A stretch of DNA of 64,000 nt, taken from a virus. The position numbers and the translations under genes are program-made. How positions within the stretch are numbered: the stretch's first letter is position 1; each line of letters begins with the position of its first letter. The stretch is from the IMG/VR virus record IMGVR_UViG_3300028844_005393, positions 1-64,000 of that record. One strand, written 5' to 3'. Below, piece after piece: positions 56,801 through 63,599 of the stretch. The notes below the pieces were generated by a model. It was not told the DNA's origin, searched no databases, and worked only from the letters and a program-made list of their open reading frames with translations.

Positions 56801-57276
56801 TATTAATGGATTTATTCGTAAACTCAGAAATACTAGAAAAACGACCTGATTATGAAAAGGTTCTTATTAATTTAAAAGAAAAGTACGATAATGGAGATTT
56901 TGACATAAACGGAGATGGTAAAACAGATGAAGTTGATGCGAATTTACTGCTAAGATACTTCTTGGGAAGACGGGGAAACTATCTTACACGAAATTTAATA
57001 AGTAAATATGATGACTCAACAAGAAAAGATTCTAGTAGTATAATTAAATACCTAGACGAACAAACTGGAAAAAATCTAGGAAAAAAAATATTAAAAGATT
57101 TCCAAGATTTTTCTGAGAATGATAAAAAAGATTCGGTGGGAAGTTATTTAGCACCATATGCCACAACCATAGGTCTTTATAGTGGTTTAGATTTAGTAAT
57201 GGTTGCAAAATTAGGCAAACCCGTAAAGATATTACCCAACTACCCAATAAACTTTTTAATAAAATTTGATAATTAA
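47833..57276 (+). CDS. Giant (3147 aa) virion adhesin: FG-GAP propeller blades, 8 SWKNFRE domains, dockerin-like motifs
   Basis: FGKSVSI..AIGSP, FGHSVSI..AVGSP, FGRGID..IGNP, YGFAVSL..VGSP; DINNDG/DINGDG loops; C-terminal YATTIGLY..VAKL. Confidence 0.75.
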   Translation: MIKVLKLSNKSVTRFSTNKKWNYSTLDSGSNIILEQGDNVPLFSSSVNKLSTEQNSSEFQLNMRFGKKISGTFFSKNSKHFDETKEPLNYDGSYQRVVFNSIKHLFYNDYGTVGGNDELNSFYKNPLNLFGSETGIYSSSSFNSKTLEEDPRSERRVLKDEVTVLEVPSNVFGEKIKPGTLKITDNSSDYDSIEIVDDGNTNLIIGSGNFNNVNEMNLNNNLFSSISETSSSDNKINIDYTDLSYGYTIDTHGDFLLSGAPILSDSVSENQSGRACLHKYNPKTKKHEIIKNFYCPFTQNGIAHENRNDNCEFILTELGGIVSSEDFLVNDDFGKSVSINDTICAIGSPGSHINGRHTEQATGHIFVYHKDKGGKENWGIVNVFEGTPNSEFGHSVSINEEFIAVGSPNFEDGIGCVYLFKKTKRTKEHPWIKTSSVYDSYKWNDLLEKYEGIPKQDDTKYKEYIKIRDSIVSRRIEKIRTELKKIKESGVISELEYLDRLPTKDDFSEIFPFEYLYTTSNECNDSDTPWFKEKIWNKNTHPATRCNSKNSDKHFNKSMWPGYMTDEKTDLYIPNPEHEQNKDNKWAYRWKLQNVEGGSESIHLFGEDIECELDIFTTFEDSTLGSFGDSKLPLVEYSESPKYAIGDVTFDLVGVIKSPDKEIRRFGEKVVLNKNKLYISSHSTTNPKCFMFQKTTNEFGCEVWNLKNTISETQLLGHASNSKIDDSLNYAQINHYDSFFEIEICPKHDNYDKWIYSFDKPILNSEKVVVSGTRIDKCDSKCIDTGSYNYYSRFRHIGLKEAGHLKHNYGESTEVISGETGKFYKRPSNYDPYTQPLLMSQNETMELSWKRFRENVSFAYTNVPPGKHKSKMTIYSNKAKLKDGTYDEKETLAEIEANETLNNKKVRLILNSGLGESEYFYEFLFRGSLDGTHYTLNELVDKIDYACTLPPNIGSFVDISDKLDDTLHNHGNCKFFSKEKSASSYIEPWSADDTIAISWKNFRENVSFSYPAVKSGSQPSFMTIYANEAKLKDGTYDPIHTLAEIGAHETLNGEIVRLTFNSGFVNGDEYYYEFLYCGSIEGTHFTLNELKQSLDYECTLPPNQGESISIAEEHFDDPLKNKQYARFFSKGLDSLSYVEPWSADDTIALSWKNVRENVSFSYPAVKSGKQPSFMTIYANEAKQDDGTYNPLYTIAEIGAHETLNGKKVRLTFNTGFAGGDEYYYEFIYRGSIEGTHFTLNELRTKLDDGYAETQINSGDIRYIKNYDKLNIHKRCRLPKFYTKFESQLSYVEPYSSDDHIAISWKNFRENISFSYPNIKTGSEPSFMTIYSNEAKQVDGTYDPIYTLAEIGADNALNGQNVKLYINADNCEHDNTYYYEFIYNGSVNGTHYTLNELKPKFDYECNFPPNLGKSVELKTLDGRFKENNGARFFSKSEDSLSFLGTHSTEDTMGLSWKNFRENVSFSYPRVKQGTKPSFMAIYSNDAKRSDGTYDPMYMLAEIGAHETLNNKMVRLTLNSGFVNGDEHYYEFLYRGSVQGTHFTLNELKTSHEYDCTLPPNQGGYVSISDKNFKDALNNKSRAKFYSKSEDGLSYVEPWSDDKTIAISWKNFRENVSFSYPAVKSGSQPSFMTIYSNEAKSVDGTYDPIHTLAEIGAHDTLNGKKVRLTFNTGFVGGSEYYYEFIYTGSVHGTHYTLNELKESFDYECTLPPNMGKYVSLSKIEFDDYLDNNDKAKFYTKSVEQSAYIQNPTSKDEIAISWKNFRENVSFSYPNVKSGNEPSFMSIYSNDAKDKKGRYDPIKALAEIGADVGLNGKIVRLTFNTGSTNDDEFYYEFKYDGSLTGKNYTLNELAENDLLHKVESGNHIQRKNNSVIEFKVSEKIHRIKVEKVQKEKSNKITTTKNKKLNTIKSFGLLEKNKGKLEVIDIKLRDDILQSSESLNFYSRDDDDELYTENTKLKNEVQIDWRNFRDGVSFYYPIVLKEDNNTPVKMTIYSDHENVDGYDKHRKLAEIITNSGLNGEVVRLSLEPKETNSIFYEFMFDGQPEEGSHYTLAELSTKIPNNRLFKSNDTTPTTEGGTIKNQARESFIPPIVYSSDLESCKVKLDKSKITSGRHNLYILLVDSKLKPLGEETKIEMYNNPSFYNLEDRRNLVKKSYGYSDNIKSEFGRGIDASDKYVVIGNPSDRVYYLNSTKSCVAGSAFVYRVNDDDLNFIEKIYGEDDYENNFSSGFGNDVSILGSNFLVGSYSHEISDMTLTETNSAKRLDIEDLEFGVSKFTDEVYTTTDALITDYEVDLSSEFGDALIKVKLDGLNIDKSLISESTLRANFIDTGNETIRITQVEGESTESINGTYRLVKSPIQIKSGCEIDFNENYRVYINKNNWSIFFDKLRGAWILTDTPNVSVEYEIPSEWTDVLKHFERINLLDKFNILTEEMINTALSLYNIIDEDITTTWRSRKQKQIPKNNIRYADLFRELESVTKLKLNPTIIERLFYLYSSNSRKKIDISILNRWKNSNQNIGVLPFIYELDSVNPISLNFDLLIKTLEVYNLKDYEIAKTWSVKLGYEYLLGDLIDDIRPKYHDNLSLYNLRLISKIAFDFINDRNYSDSDISKNYFRNLVKQDIAIYLDKWKSQVENGFLLSDAFKDINENININFSISDEASEDDLPTKFSYGVGTLSNMEIKVFSNNDTSGNNSSLTWGVYRDATKIVGNQIYFYVNLLPDTQLDDTVVFVYNSVKSAINGYTYYYSIENETGKCKQMKRMKTNKKKYSCKKQYGFAVSLSNNFICVGSPVLGNFNIDELITFGGSSVVSFGTSEKMYIEYNAIHPSYINELGKNIVGTIITYDHSAIKDNKKHYIGNVFYKNGVITLTDRAGYFTNVLSNSGVSGFELEFKSMHTLYENEILCKIEPHEFNFSTNPTAVVAGGINYDINNDGRFDIIDASYIYKYIMGEIGPIEKSDEEIIEEHNAIKLGSNDNWPKQDLLMTESEDALLMDLFVNSEILEKRPDYEKVLINLKEKYDNGDFDINGDGKTDEVDANLLLRYFLGRRGNYLTRNLISKYDDSTRKDSSSIIKYLDEQTGKNLGKKILKDFQDFSENDKKDSVGSYLAPYATTIGLYSGLDLVMVAKLGKPVKILPNYPINFLIKFDN
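50230..54000 (+). repeat. Tandem array of eight ~150-aa (450-456 bp) domains
   Basis: Conserved Trp codons at about 50378, 50827, 51283, 51742, 52195, 52651, 53107 and 53725. Confidence 0.92.
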
Positions 57277-57329
57277 GGAAAACTACTTAATATTTATGAA
57301 TAACAACCAAATAACTGGAGAAACTTAAA

Positions 57330-57875
57330 ATGGATATAGATCAAGCAAGAACAGCATCACAACAAACAGGAGCTCATAGATGGACTCTCACGACAAATTT
57401 AAACAAATTGTATAAAAACGGCGAAGGAAGTGTTTATACAGGTAGAAAAGCTCCAAACGTTCCCACATCATCCAAAGCACCACCTTTGAACAAGCAGATT
57501 TCTGAAGGTGTTAAGTTTTTTGGTTATGGTCGTGGTAATGTATCAAAGCGTCTTGGGGAAATGGGCAAAGATAAAGATTTAGGTACAATGGCCGTAGGAG
57601 GTGGAGCAGAAGGTGCATTCAGACAGGGTGATACATCATTCCTCGGTGGATTTAATACTTTCAGAGCACCACGTTCAGGTGAAAGTGATTTCGGTACAAA
57701 CTTAATCACGTCTCGTGACGCAAGTTGGTACACCCAAGGTCTCACGGGTATCAAGAAGTACGGAAATGAGATTGCCGGAATGGTAGGCAAGAACTTTGGA
57801 GCACGTGGTGGGGCATCTGAATCCCGTGGTGCTGATGGTTCTGGTGCAGGTGGTGTCGCTGGCAATCGCGCATAA
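57330..57875 (+). CDS. Gly-rich basic, probably disordered protein (possible internal virion protein)
   Basis: GGAG Shine-Dalgarno, upstream AATATTTAT motif, visibly higher GC than neighbours. Confidence 0.65.
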   Translation: MDIDQARTASQQTGAHRWTLTTNLNKLYKNGEGSVYTGRKAPNVPTSSKAPPLNKQISEGVKFFGYGRGNVSKRLGEMGKDKDLGTMAVGGGAEGAFRQGDTSFLGGFNTFRAPRSGESDFGTNLITSRDASWYTQGLTGIKKYGNEIAGMVGKNFGARGGASESRGADGSGAGGVAGNRA

Positions 57876-57925
57876 CTCCCATTAAATACTTGCTTTTTTT
57901 CTTTAGAACGCATAACATATAGGTT

Positions 57926-58456
57926 ATGCAAAATAAATCCTATTGTTTGGGGTTGGATATTAGTTCTACGGTGGTTGGTTATTGTGTATCTACTTCTAAA
58001 GAAAAAGTAACCAATGCCGGTTATATAGATGTTCGCAAAGAAACGAGCATCAAAGAAAAAGCACATAAAGTTGCGAACGAACTTGATAAATTAAATCTAG
58101 AACCCTCTGAGATTATCGTAGAAGATACATTAAGTGGGTTCGGTGGTGGACGAACAAGTCAACAGACCATTGTAAAGCTATCAAAGTGCAATGCGGTAAT
58201 TAGTTATGTCATCGAAGCACTGTATGAACTAGACGTGGAACACGTTAATGTGTCGTCTCTGCGTAAAGTAGTATTCGGTAAAAGTCGTGAACAAGGAGTT
58301 GATAGTAAAACTTTTGTACGTGAACAACTTGAGAAAAAGATTGATTTAAATCAATTTATTGTCTATAATAGTAGAAAAAATTATGATAAAAGGAACTATG
58401 ATATGTTAGACGCAACCGTGGCATCCTTGTATCATTGGTATACTATTGACAATTAA
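57926..58456 (+). CDS. RuvC-like Holliday junction resolvase
   Basis: LGLDISS..GY, IIVED, RK..FG, D..DA acidic set. Confidence 0.85.
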   Translation: MQNKSYCLGLDISSTVVGYCVSTSKEKVTNAGYIDVRKETSIKEKAHKVANELDKLNLEPSEIIVEDTLSGFGGGRTSQQTIVKLSKCNAVISYVIEALYELDVEHVNVSSLRKVVFGKSREQGVDSKTFVREQLEKKIDLNQFIVYNSRKNYDKRNYDMLDATVASLYHWYTIDN

Positions 58457-59382
58457 TGGGGATTTCGGAGCAAAAACTACTTGCCTTGTTGCAGAAGGTA
58501 TTAGGTGAAGGTAAAATCGTCTCTAAAGACGAAGCTATGTTTGTGTGTCCGTTTTCTCATCACAGAAAACCAAAGTTAGCAGTAAATCTATCTACACAAC
58601 GATGGCAAAGTTGGATTGACACAAATGCTAAAGGTCGTAGTATCTTTTCGTTATTCAAAAGATTACAAGTTCCAAGCAACTATTTTGATGAATTATCTCG
58701 TATTGTAAAACTTCCCAAAAGTTCACAAACACAAGAAACAAAAGAAGAATATGTTTCATTGCCTTATGAGTATAAAAAATTAACCGAAACGCATACGGAT
58801 TTTTCATATTCAAAAGCAATGAAGTATTTAAAAAATCGTGGAATTGAATCTTATGATATAGAACGATACGATATTGGATATTGTGACAAAGGAGATTATG
58901 TTGGAAGAATTATTGTTCCATCGTATGATGCAGATAATAAATTAAATTATTTTCTAGCAAGAGATTTTACAGGTAATGCTTATTTGAAATACAAAAATCC
59001 TCCTGTTAGTAAAGATGTGGTTGTATTTGAAAATCAAATTGATTTCTCTGAACCACTTATTTTATGTGAGGGTGTATTTGATGCGATTGCAATTCGTAGA
59101 AATGCTATTGCTTTACTTGGAAAGAATATTCCAAACAAATTAAAAATGCGACTTGTTCAACATGGTGTAAAAGAAGTCAGTATTGTTTTGGATAATGATG
59201 CGTTTAAAAATGCGTTGTATTTATCAGAATCACTTATGAATGATAACATCAAAGTGAGATTAGTCAGAATGGGATCAGAAGATGCCGCTGACTTGGGTTT
59301 TAAAAAGGTTATAGAAAGAATCAACTCAACCGACATTTTAGATTTTGGTCAGTTGATGCAACAGAAGTTATGCTTGAATTAA
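58456..59382 (+). CDS. DNA primase (DnaG/TOPRIM type)
   Basis: YLKNRGI, RIIVPSYD, KYKNP, CEGVFDA, LDNDA, DAAD. Confidence 0.9.
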   Translation: MGISEQKLLALLQKVLGEGKIVSKDEAMFVCPFSHHRKPKLAVNLSTQRWQSWIDTNAKGRSIFSLFKRLQVPSNYFDELSRIVKLPKSSQTQETKEEYVSLPYEYKKLTETHTDFSYSKAMKYLKNRGIESYDIERYDIGYCDKGDYVGRIIVPSYDADNKLNYFLARDFTGNAYLKYKNPPVSKDVVVFENQIDFSEPLILCEGVFDAIAIRRNAIALLGKNIPNKLKMRLVQHGVKEVSIVLDNDAFKNALYLSESLMNDNIKVRLVRMGSEDAADLGFKKVIERINSTDILDFGQLMQQKLCLN

Positions 59383-60074
59383 AAAATAAGTTAAAGAATG
59401 TAGAAAAAATATATCATCTAGCAGACATTCATATTCGCAATGTAAAACGTCACACCGAATATACAACCGTGTTTGACAATTTCTATGAACAAGTAAAATC
59501 TGACAACTACGAAAATGCTATTATTTTCATTGGTGGGGATATTGCTCATGCAAAAACAGAAATGTCTCCTGAACTTATTAAGCAAATATCAAACTTTCTA
59601 CGAAAGTGTGCCACGTTACACCCTACGGTTGTAATTGCAGGTAATCACGATTGTAATTTAAATAACCCTGACCGACTTGATGTATTATCTCCTATTATGG
59701 ATATGATGGACGATGATAATTTATATTATTTAAAAGATACAGGTGTATATAAAATCGGTGATGTTGCAATAAGTGTATTTGGTATATTTGAAGAACCAAC
59801 CGAATATATACATGGAAATAAAATTGATGATCCGTCAATTAACACAAAGATTGCAGTTTATCACGGAGCAATACGAAGAAGCACAACCGATATTGGGTAT
59901 ATTGTGGTTGGAGGTGATTTAACTCTTCCTCAGTTTGATGGATATGATATTGTTATGCTTGGTGATATTCACAAGTACCAAGTGTTACAAGAATATAAAA
60001 CTGAACATAGATTTATACCGGAAAGTAAACTTGATAAGTATAAACTTGATGGGTGGGACATTTGCAATGACTAA
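59370..60074 (+). CDS. sbcD: SbcD/Mre11 (gp47-like) nuclease, N-terminal part
   Basis: ADIH, GGD, GNHD, YHG, LGDIH; stops before the YxGS motif. Confidence 0.85.
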   Translation: MLELKNKLKNVEKIYHLADIHIRNVKRHTEYTTVFDNFYEQVKSDNYENAIIFIGGDIAHAKTEMSPELIKQISNFLRKCATLHPTVVIAGNHDCNLNNPDRLDVLSPIMDMMDDDNLYYLKDTGVYKIGDVAISVFGIFEEPTEYIHGNKIDDPSINTKIAVYHGAIRRSTTDIGYIVVGGDLTLPQFDGYDIVMLGDIHKYQVLQEYKTEHRFIPESKLDKYKLDGWDICND

Positions 60075-60966
60075 GTTTTTAATAAGATGTAGAGATATTG
60101 ACATCGGAGATGTTTTGTTTGCAAGTAGTATTGCAAAAAAACTTAAAGATGAAACTCCGTGGGAAACACCATGTCATATTGATTTTGATTCTAATTATTT
60201 ACAAACTCTTGAACTATTAGATAACAATCCTTACATTGACAATGTTTTCTACAAAGATAGTGATGATGATTATACCAAAATTTTTGATATAAATAAAAGT
60301 AGTCATGTCTTGGATGTATCTACTTCTGTTGTATCACAATATCAACAAATGTGTGGAATAAAAAGTTTCGACGATACCTTTGAAGTTTTTACAAATTCAA
60401 TAAGTGACTACTCAATTAAATCTAGTATGAAAGAATTAATTGAGATAGATTATTGGACTAATGATTTAATAAAAATTTGTTATGTAATGGATTGGGACAG
60501 AAAAGGTTATCTATTAGACGAGCACGATTCAATTGTTATTGGAAATGAAATAAACAAAAGAGATACGCATTCAATAGTTGATCCACTAAAAGAAACTAAT
60601 AATATAATGTTATTTGCCATTGGAATTGAATCCCGTGAATCAAAAAACTTTCCTAGTATAAACTCGGCAAGTAAATTTAGTTTTACTGCTAGTTTAATTA
60701 AAAACTCTGATTATGTAATAGGTCCCGAGGGGTGTCTTACTAATATATCATCTGCACTGGGAACTCCTACAATAATCACCACTGATTATATTCACCACAC
60801 TTATGGTCCAAACGGAGTTAGAACAGATAAATCTAAAAAATACACTCCTCCGTTTTTAGGTCCTTGTAAGTATTTTCCAAATGGAAATCATACACATTTA
60901 GATCCATATCTTAGTGATCGTGAAGTTGGAAACGAAATTTTAAAAATTGTGACAAATGGAAGATAA
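60067..60966 (+). CDS. GT9 (heptosyltransferase-like, GT-B) glycosyltransferase inserted in the sbcD locus
   Basis: IGDVLFASSIAKKLK, ELLDNNPYID, LIKNSDYVIGPEGCLTNISSALGTPTI; start at ATG 60067. Confidence 0.72.
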   Translation: MTKFLIRCRDIDIGDVLFASSIAKKLKDETPWETPCHIDFDSNYLQTLELLDNNPYIDNVFYKDSDDDYTKIFDINKSSHVLDVSTSVVSQYQQMCGIKSFDDTFEVFTNSISDYSIKSSMKELIEIDYWTNDLIKICYVMDWDRKGYLLDEHDSIVIGNEINKRDTHSIVDPLKETNNIMLFAIGIESRESKNFPSINSASKFSFTASLIKNSDYVIGPEGCLTNISSALGTPTIITTDYIHHTYGPNGVRTDKSKKYTPPFLGPCKYFPNGNHTHLDPYLSDREVGNEILKIVTNGR

Positions 60967-63556
60967 CGAAAAGTACATAAAAGTAAAAAGACACAATACC
61001 AATAAACCTGTCGTGGTTTATTCCGGTAGCATGATTCAACAAAACCACGGAGAAAAACCACATGGACATGGGTATGTATTATGGGATGTGGCAAATCGTA
61101 CACACGTGCACCACGAAGTTGTAAATGATTACGGATATTATACAATAGAAGTACGTGACGGAACGTGTGTTAGTGATTTAAGTAAACTTCCAAAAAAAGC
61201 AAGACTTCGTGTAAAGGTGTTTAACACAACTGCAACAGAAACAAAAGAAATTATTGCGGAAATCCGAAAACAAACAAGTATAACAGATTTAAATGTAACA
61301 CGATGTGATGCTATATCTGAAGCAAAAAAGTTTGATCGTGATAATAAATTTGATTTTGGTGATATATCTTCTATACAAATACAAAATGATTTAATAGAAG
61401 ATTATCTTCGTAGGAATTTTGTTGTTGATGATGAACAAGTAAAAACTGCTCTTGATATTAACAAAGAAACAAACGACAAACTTATTGTAAAAGAAGTTCT
61501 TCGTAATTGTATTTGGAAACCAAAGAAGTTTGAGTTTGGAAATATGTTCAGTTACGGAGATGGAAATGTAATAGACTTTTCAAATATGAAAAGTGTTATG
61601 GGATTATTTGCATCTAACGCAAGTGGTAAAAGCAGTGTTATGAGTGCATTAAGTTTTTGTTTGTTTGATAAATGTGATCGTGCGTTTAAGGCTGCTCATG
61701 TACTGAATACACAAACAGAATCTTTTTATTGTAAATTAAACTTTGAAATATCGGGAGTAAACTATTTCATAGACAGAACTGCAACTACCAAAAAGAATGG
61801 TGATGTAACTGTTGTAGTTGACTTTTGGAAGTTAGATGAAGATGGTCAACAACTATCATTAAACGGAGAACAACGAGCAGGAACTAATGCAATTATCCGT
61901 GACCATGTTGGTTCTTATGATGACTTTGTTTTAACAACATTAAGTTTACAAAACAACAATGCTATTTTTATTGATAAAAGTCAAAGTGAACGAAAAGACT
62001 TACTTGCTCAATTTATGGGCATTGATACATTTGATCAATTGCATACAACTGCATCTGAAGATGTTAAAGAAATTAATGCTTTATTAAAACGATTTAATCG
62101 TGAAGATTTTGATGAAACATTAGCAGATGTAAAAGAAAAACTTGAAAAAATAAATGAACAATATAATAAGCAAGATAGTAAAACAAATATAGCACTACTT
62201 GAGCAAAAAAGATTAAACAAAGAACTTGCTGATAAAAATTCTTTATTTAAAACTTGTTCATTTGATGAAACTGCGGTTGATATAGATAAACTTGAATTTA
62301 CAAAAAATAATTTAAAAGAACGACTGAATACCGCCGAGGAAAACAGAGAATCTGAATCTGAACGAAAAAAACAACTTGCAAACGAAAAGAAAATGTGTGT
62401 ACGCAAAATGTCTGATCTTGAGGGGGTCAGTGATAGTTATGTTTATGTTTTAAAAGTTCGTGAAGAAATAACAAAAGTAGATAAAGACCTTGCGGTTTTA
62501 CGCACTTCTGTAAATGCAAAGTTAGATAAATTAAAGCAATATGATAGTCACGAATATGATCCAAAATGTAAGTTTTGCGTAAACAATTCAAAGAACTTAA
62601 TTGAAAGTGCAGAGCAAACAAAAACTGAATTGGATAAAGACAAAGCAGCTGCAGATGATCTTGTTGATCAAAAAACTGATTTAGCAAATATACTCGATGA
62701 TAATAAAGATGTAGAAAAAAACTACGAATTATTAAATGAATTAAAAAACAAATCAAGTCAACTTGTATACGAAATAAACGAAGCAGATTCCAAAGTTTTG
62801 GCACTATCTAGCATGATTCAATCACTTGGAAAAGATATAGTAATAAATGATAAAAATATAAAAGAATTTTACGAGTGTAAAGATATAATTGAATACAATC
62901 AAAAACTTCAAATAGAAGTAGATGAATTACAAGCAAAATTATTAAAAGTAAACTCAATAGCAAATACAGAAAGTACTAAATTACAAACTTTGTTTGGTGA
63001 AGTAAAAATTATAGAAAAAGAACACGAAGATGTTCTTGTGTCAATTGAAGAAGCAAAAAATTATGAAAGAAAGAAACGAGGATACGAATTATACCTTGAT
63101 GCAGTAAAACGGGATGGTATTTCATATGAATTAATTTCCAAAACAATTCCGAGTATTGAAAGTGAAGTTAATAACATTCTTTCTCAAATTGTTGACTTTG
63201 GTATGAATCTTGAAATGGATGGAAAGCACATTTACTCAAAGATTACATACGAAGATCGTCATTGGCCACTTGAAATGTGTAGTGGTATGGAACGGTTCAT
63301 AAGTAGTATTGCTATGCGTGTAGCACTTATCAATGTAAGCAGTCTTCCTCGTTCTAATTTCCTCGTTATTGACGAGGGTTGGGGTTCACTTGACGGTGAT
63401 AATATCAGTAGTGTATTTAATCTCTTTACATACCTCAAAGGTCAGTTTGAGTTTATATTAGTTATCAGTCATTTGGATGTTATGCGTGATATGGTAGATG
63501 AAATTATAGAAATTCAAAAGGACGGATCATTTAGTAAGATAAAATACGGAGCATAA
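60956..63556 (+). CDS. sbcC: Fusion of the SbcD C-terminal part with SbcC/Rad50 (gp46-like) ATPase
   Basis: N-terminal VVYSGSMIQQNHGE..GYVLWD; NMFSY, Walker A NASGKSS, Q-loop, CKFC zinc hook, SGME signature, IDEG Walker B, ISH. Confidence 0.9.
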   Translation: MEDNEKYIKVKRHNTNKPVVVYSGSMIQQNHGEKPHGHGYVLWDVANRTHVHHEVVNDYGYYTIEVRDGTCVSDLSKLPKKARLRVKVFNTTATETKEIIAEIRKQTSITDLNVTRCDAISEAKKFDRDNKFDFGDISSIQIQNDLIEDYLRRNFVVDDEQVKTALDINKETNDKLIVKEVLRNCIWKPKKFEFGNMFSYGDGNVIDFSNMKSVMGLFASNASGKSSVMSALSFCLFDKCDRAFKAAHVLNTQTESFYCKLNFEISGVNYFIDRTATTKKNGDVTVVVDFWKLDEDGQQLSLNGEQRAGTNAIIRDHVGSYDDFVLTTLSLQNNNAIFIDKSQSERKDLLAQFMGIDTFDQLHTTASEDVKEINALLKRFNREDFDETLADVKEKLEKINEQYNKQDSKTNIALLEQKRLNKELADKNSLFKTCSFDETAVDIDKLEFTKNNLKERLNTAEENRESESERKKQLANEKKMCVRKMSDLEGVSDSYVYVLKVREEITKVDKDLAVLRTSVNAKLDKLKQYDSHEYDPKCKFCVNNSKNLIESAEQTKTELDKDKAAADDLVDQKTDLANILDDNKDVEKNYELLNELKNKSSQLVYEINEADSKVLALSSMIQSLGKDIVINDKNIKEFYECKDIIEYNQKLQIEVDELQAKLLKVNSIANTESTKLQTLFGEVKIIEKEHEDVLVSIEEAKNYERKKRGYELYLDAVKRDGISYELISKTIPSIESEVNNILSQIVDFGMNLEMDGKHIYSKITYEDRHWPLEMCSGMERFISSIAMRVALINVSSLPRSNFLVIDEGWGSLDGDNISSVFNLFTYLKGQFEFILVISHLDVMRDMVDEIIEIQKDGSFSKIKYGA

Positions 63557-63599
63557 AACATATTTAGATATATATTTATTATATACCTGAAATGTATTT

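Noticed and set aside
57524-58066. 180-aa minus-strand ORF, and the many other short antisense or nested ORFs in the track
   Set aside because: They overlap well-supported genes on the other strand or frame and carry no motifs.
60067-60966. Self-splicing intron or homing endonuclease interrupting sbcD
   Set aside because: The insert is wholly occupied by a GT9-like ORF overlapping both flanks, leaving no room for a ribozyme core; it has no nuclease motifs or terminal repeats.
60040-61010. Split intein at the SbcD break (C near the end of the N-half; HN-T in the C-half)
   Set aside because: Only three residues from that Cys to the stop and 14 before the Thr, far too short for a HINT fold, and no intein blocks are visible.
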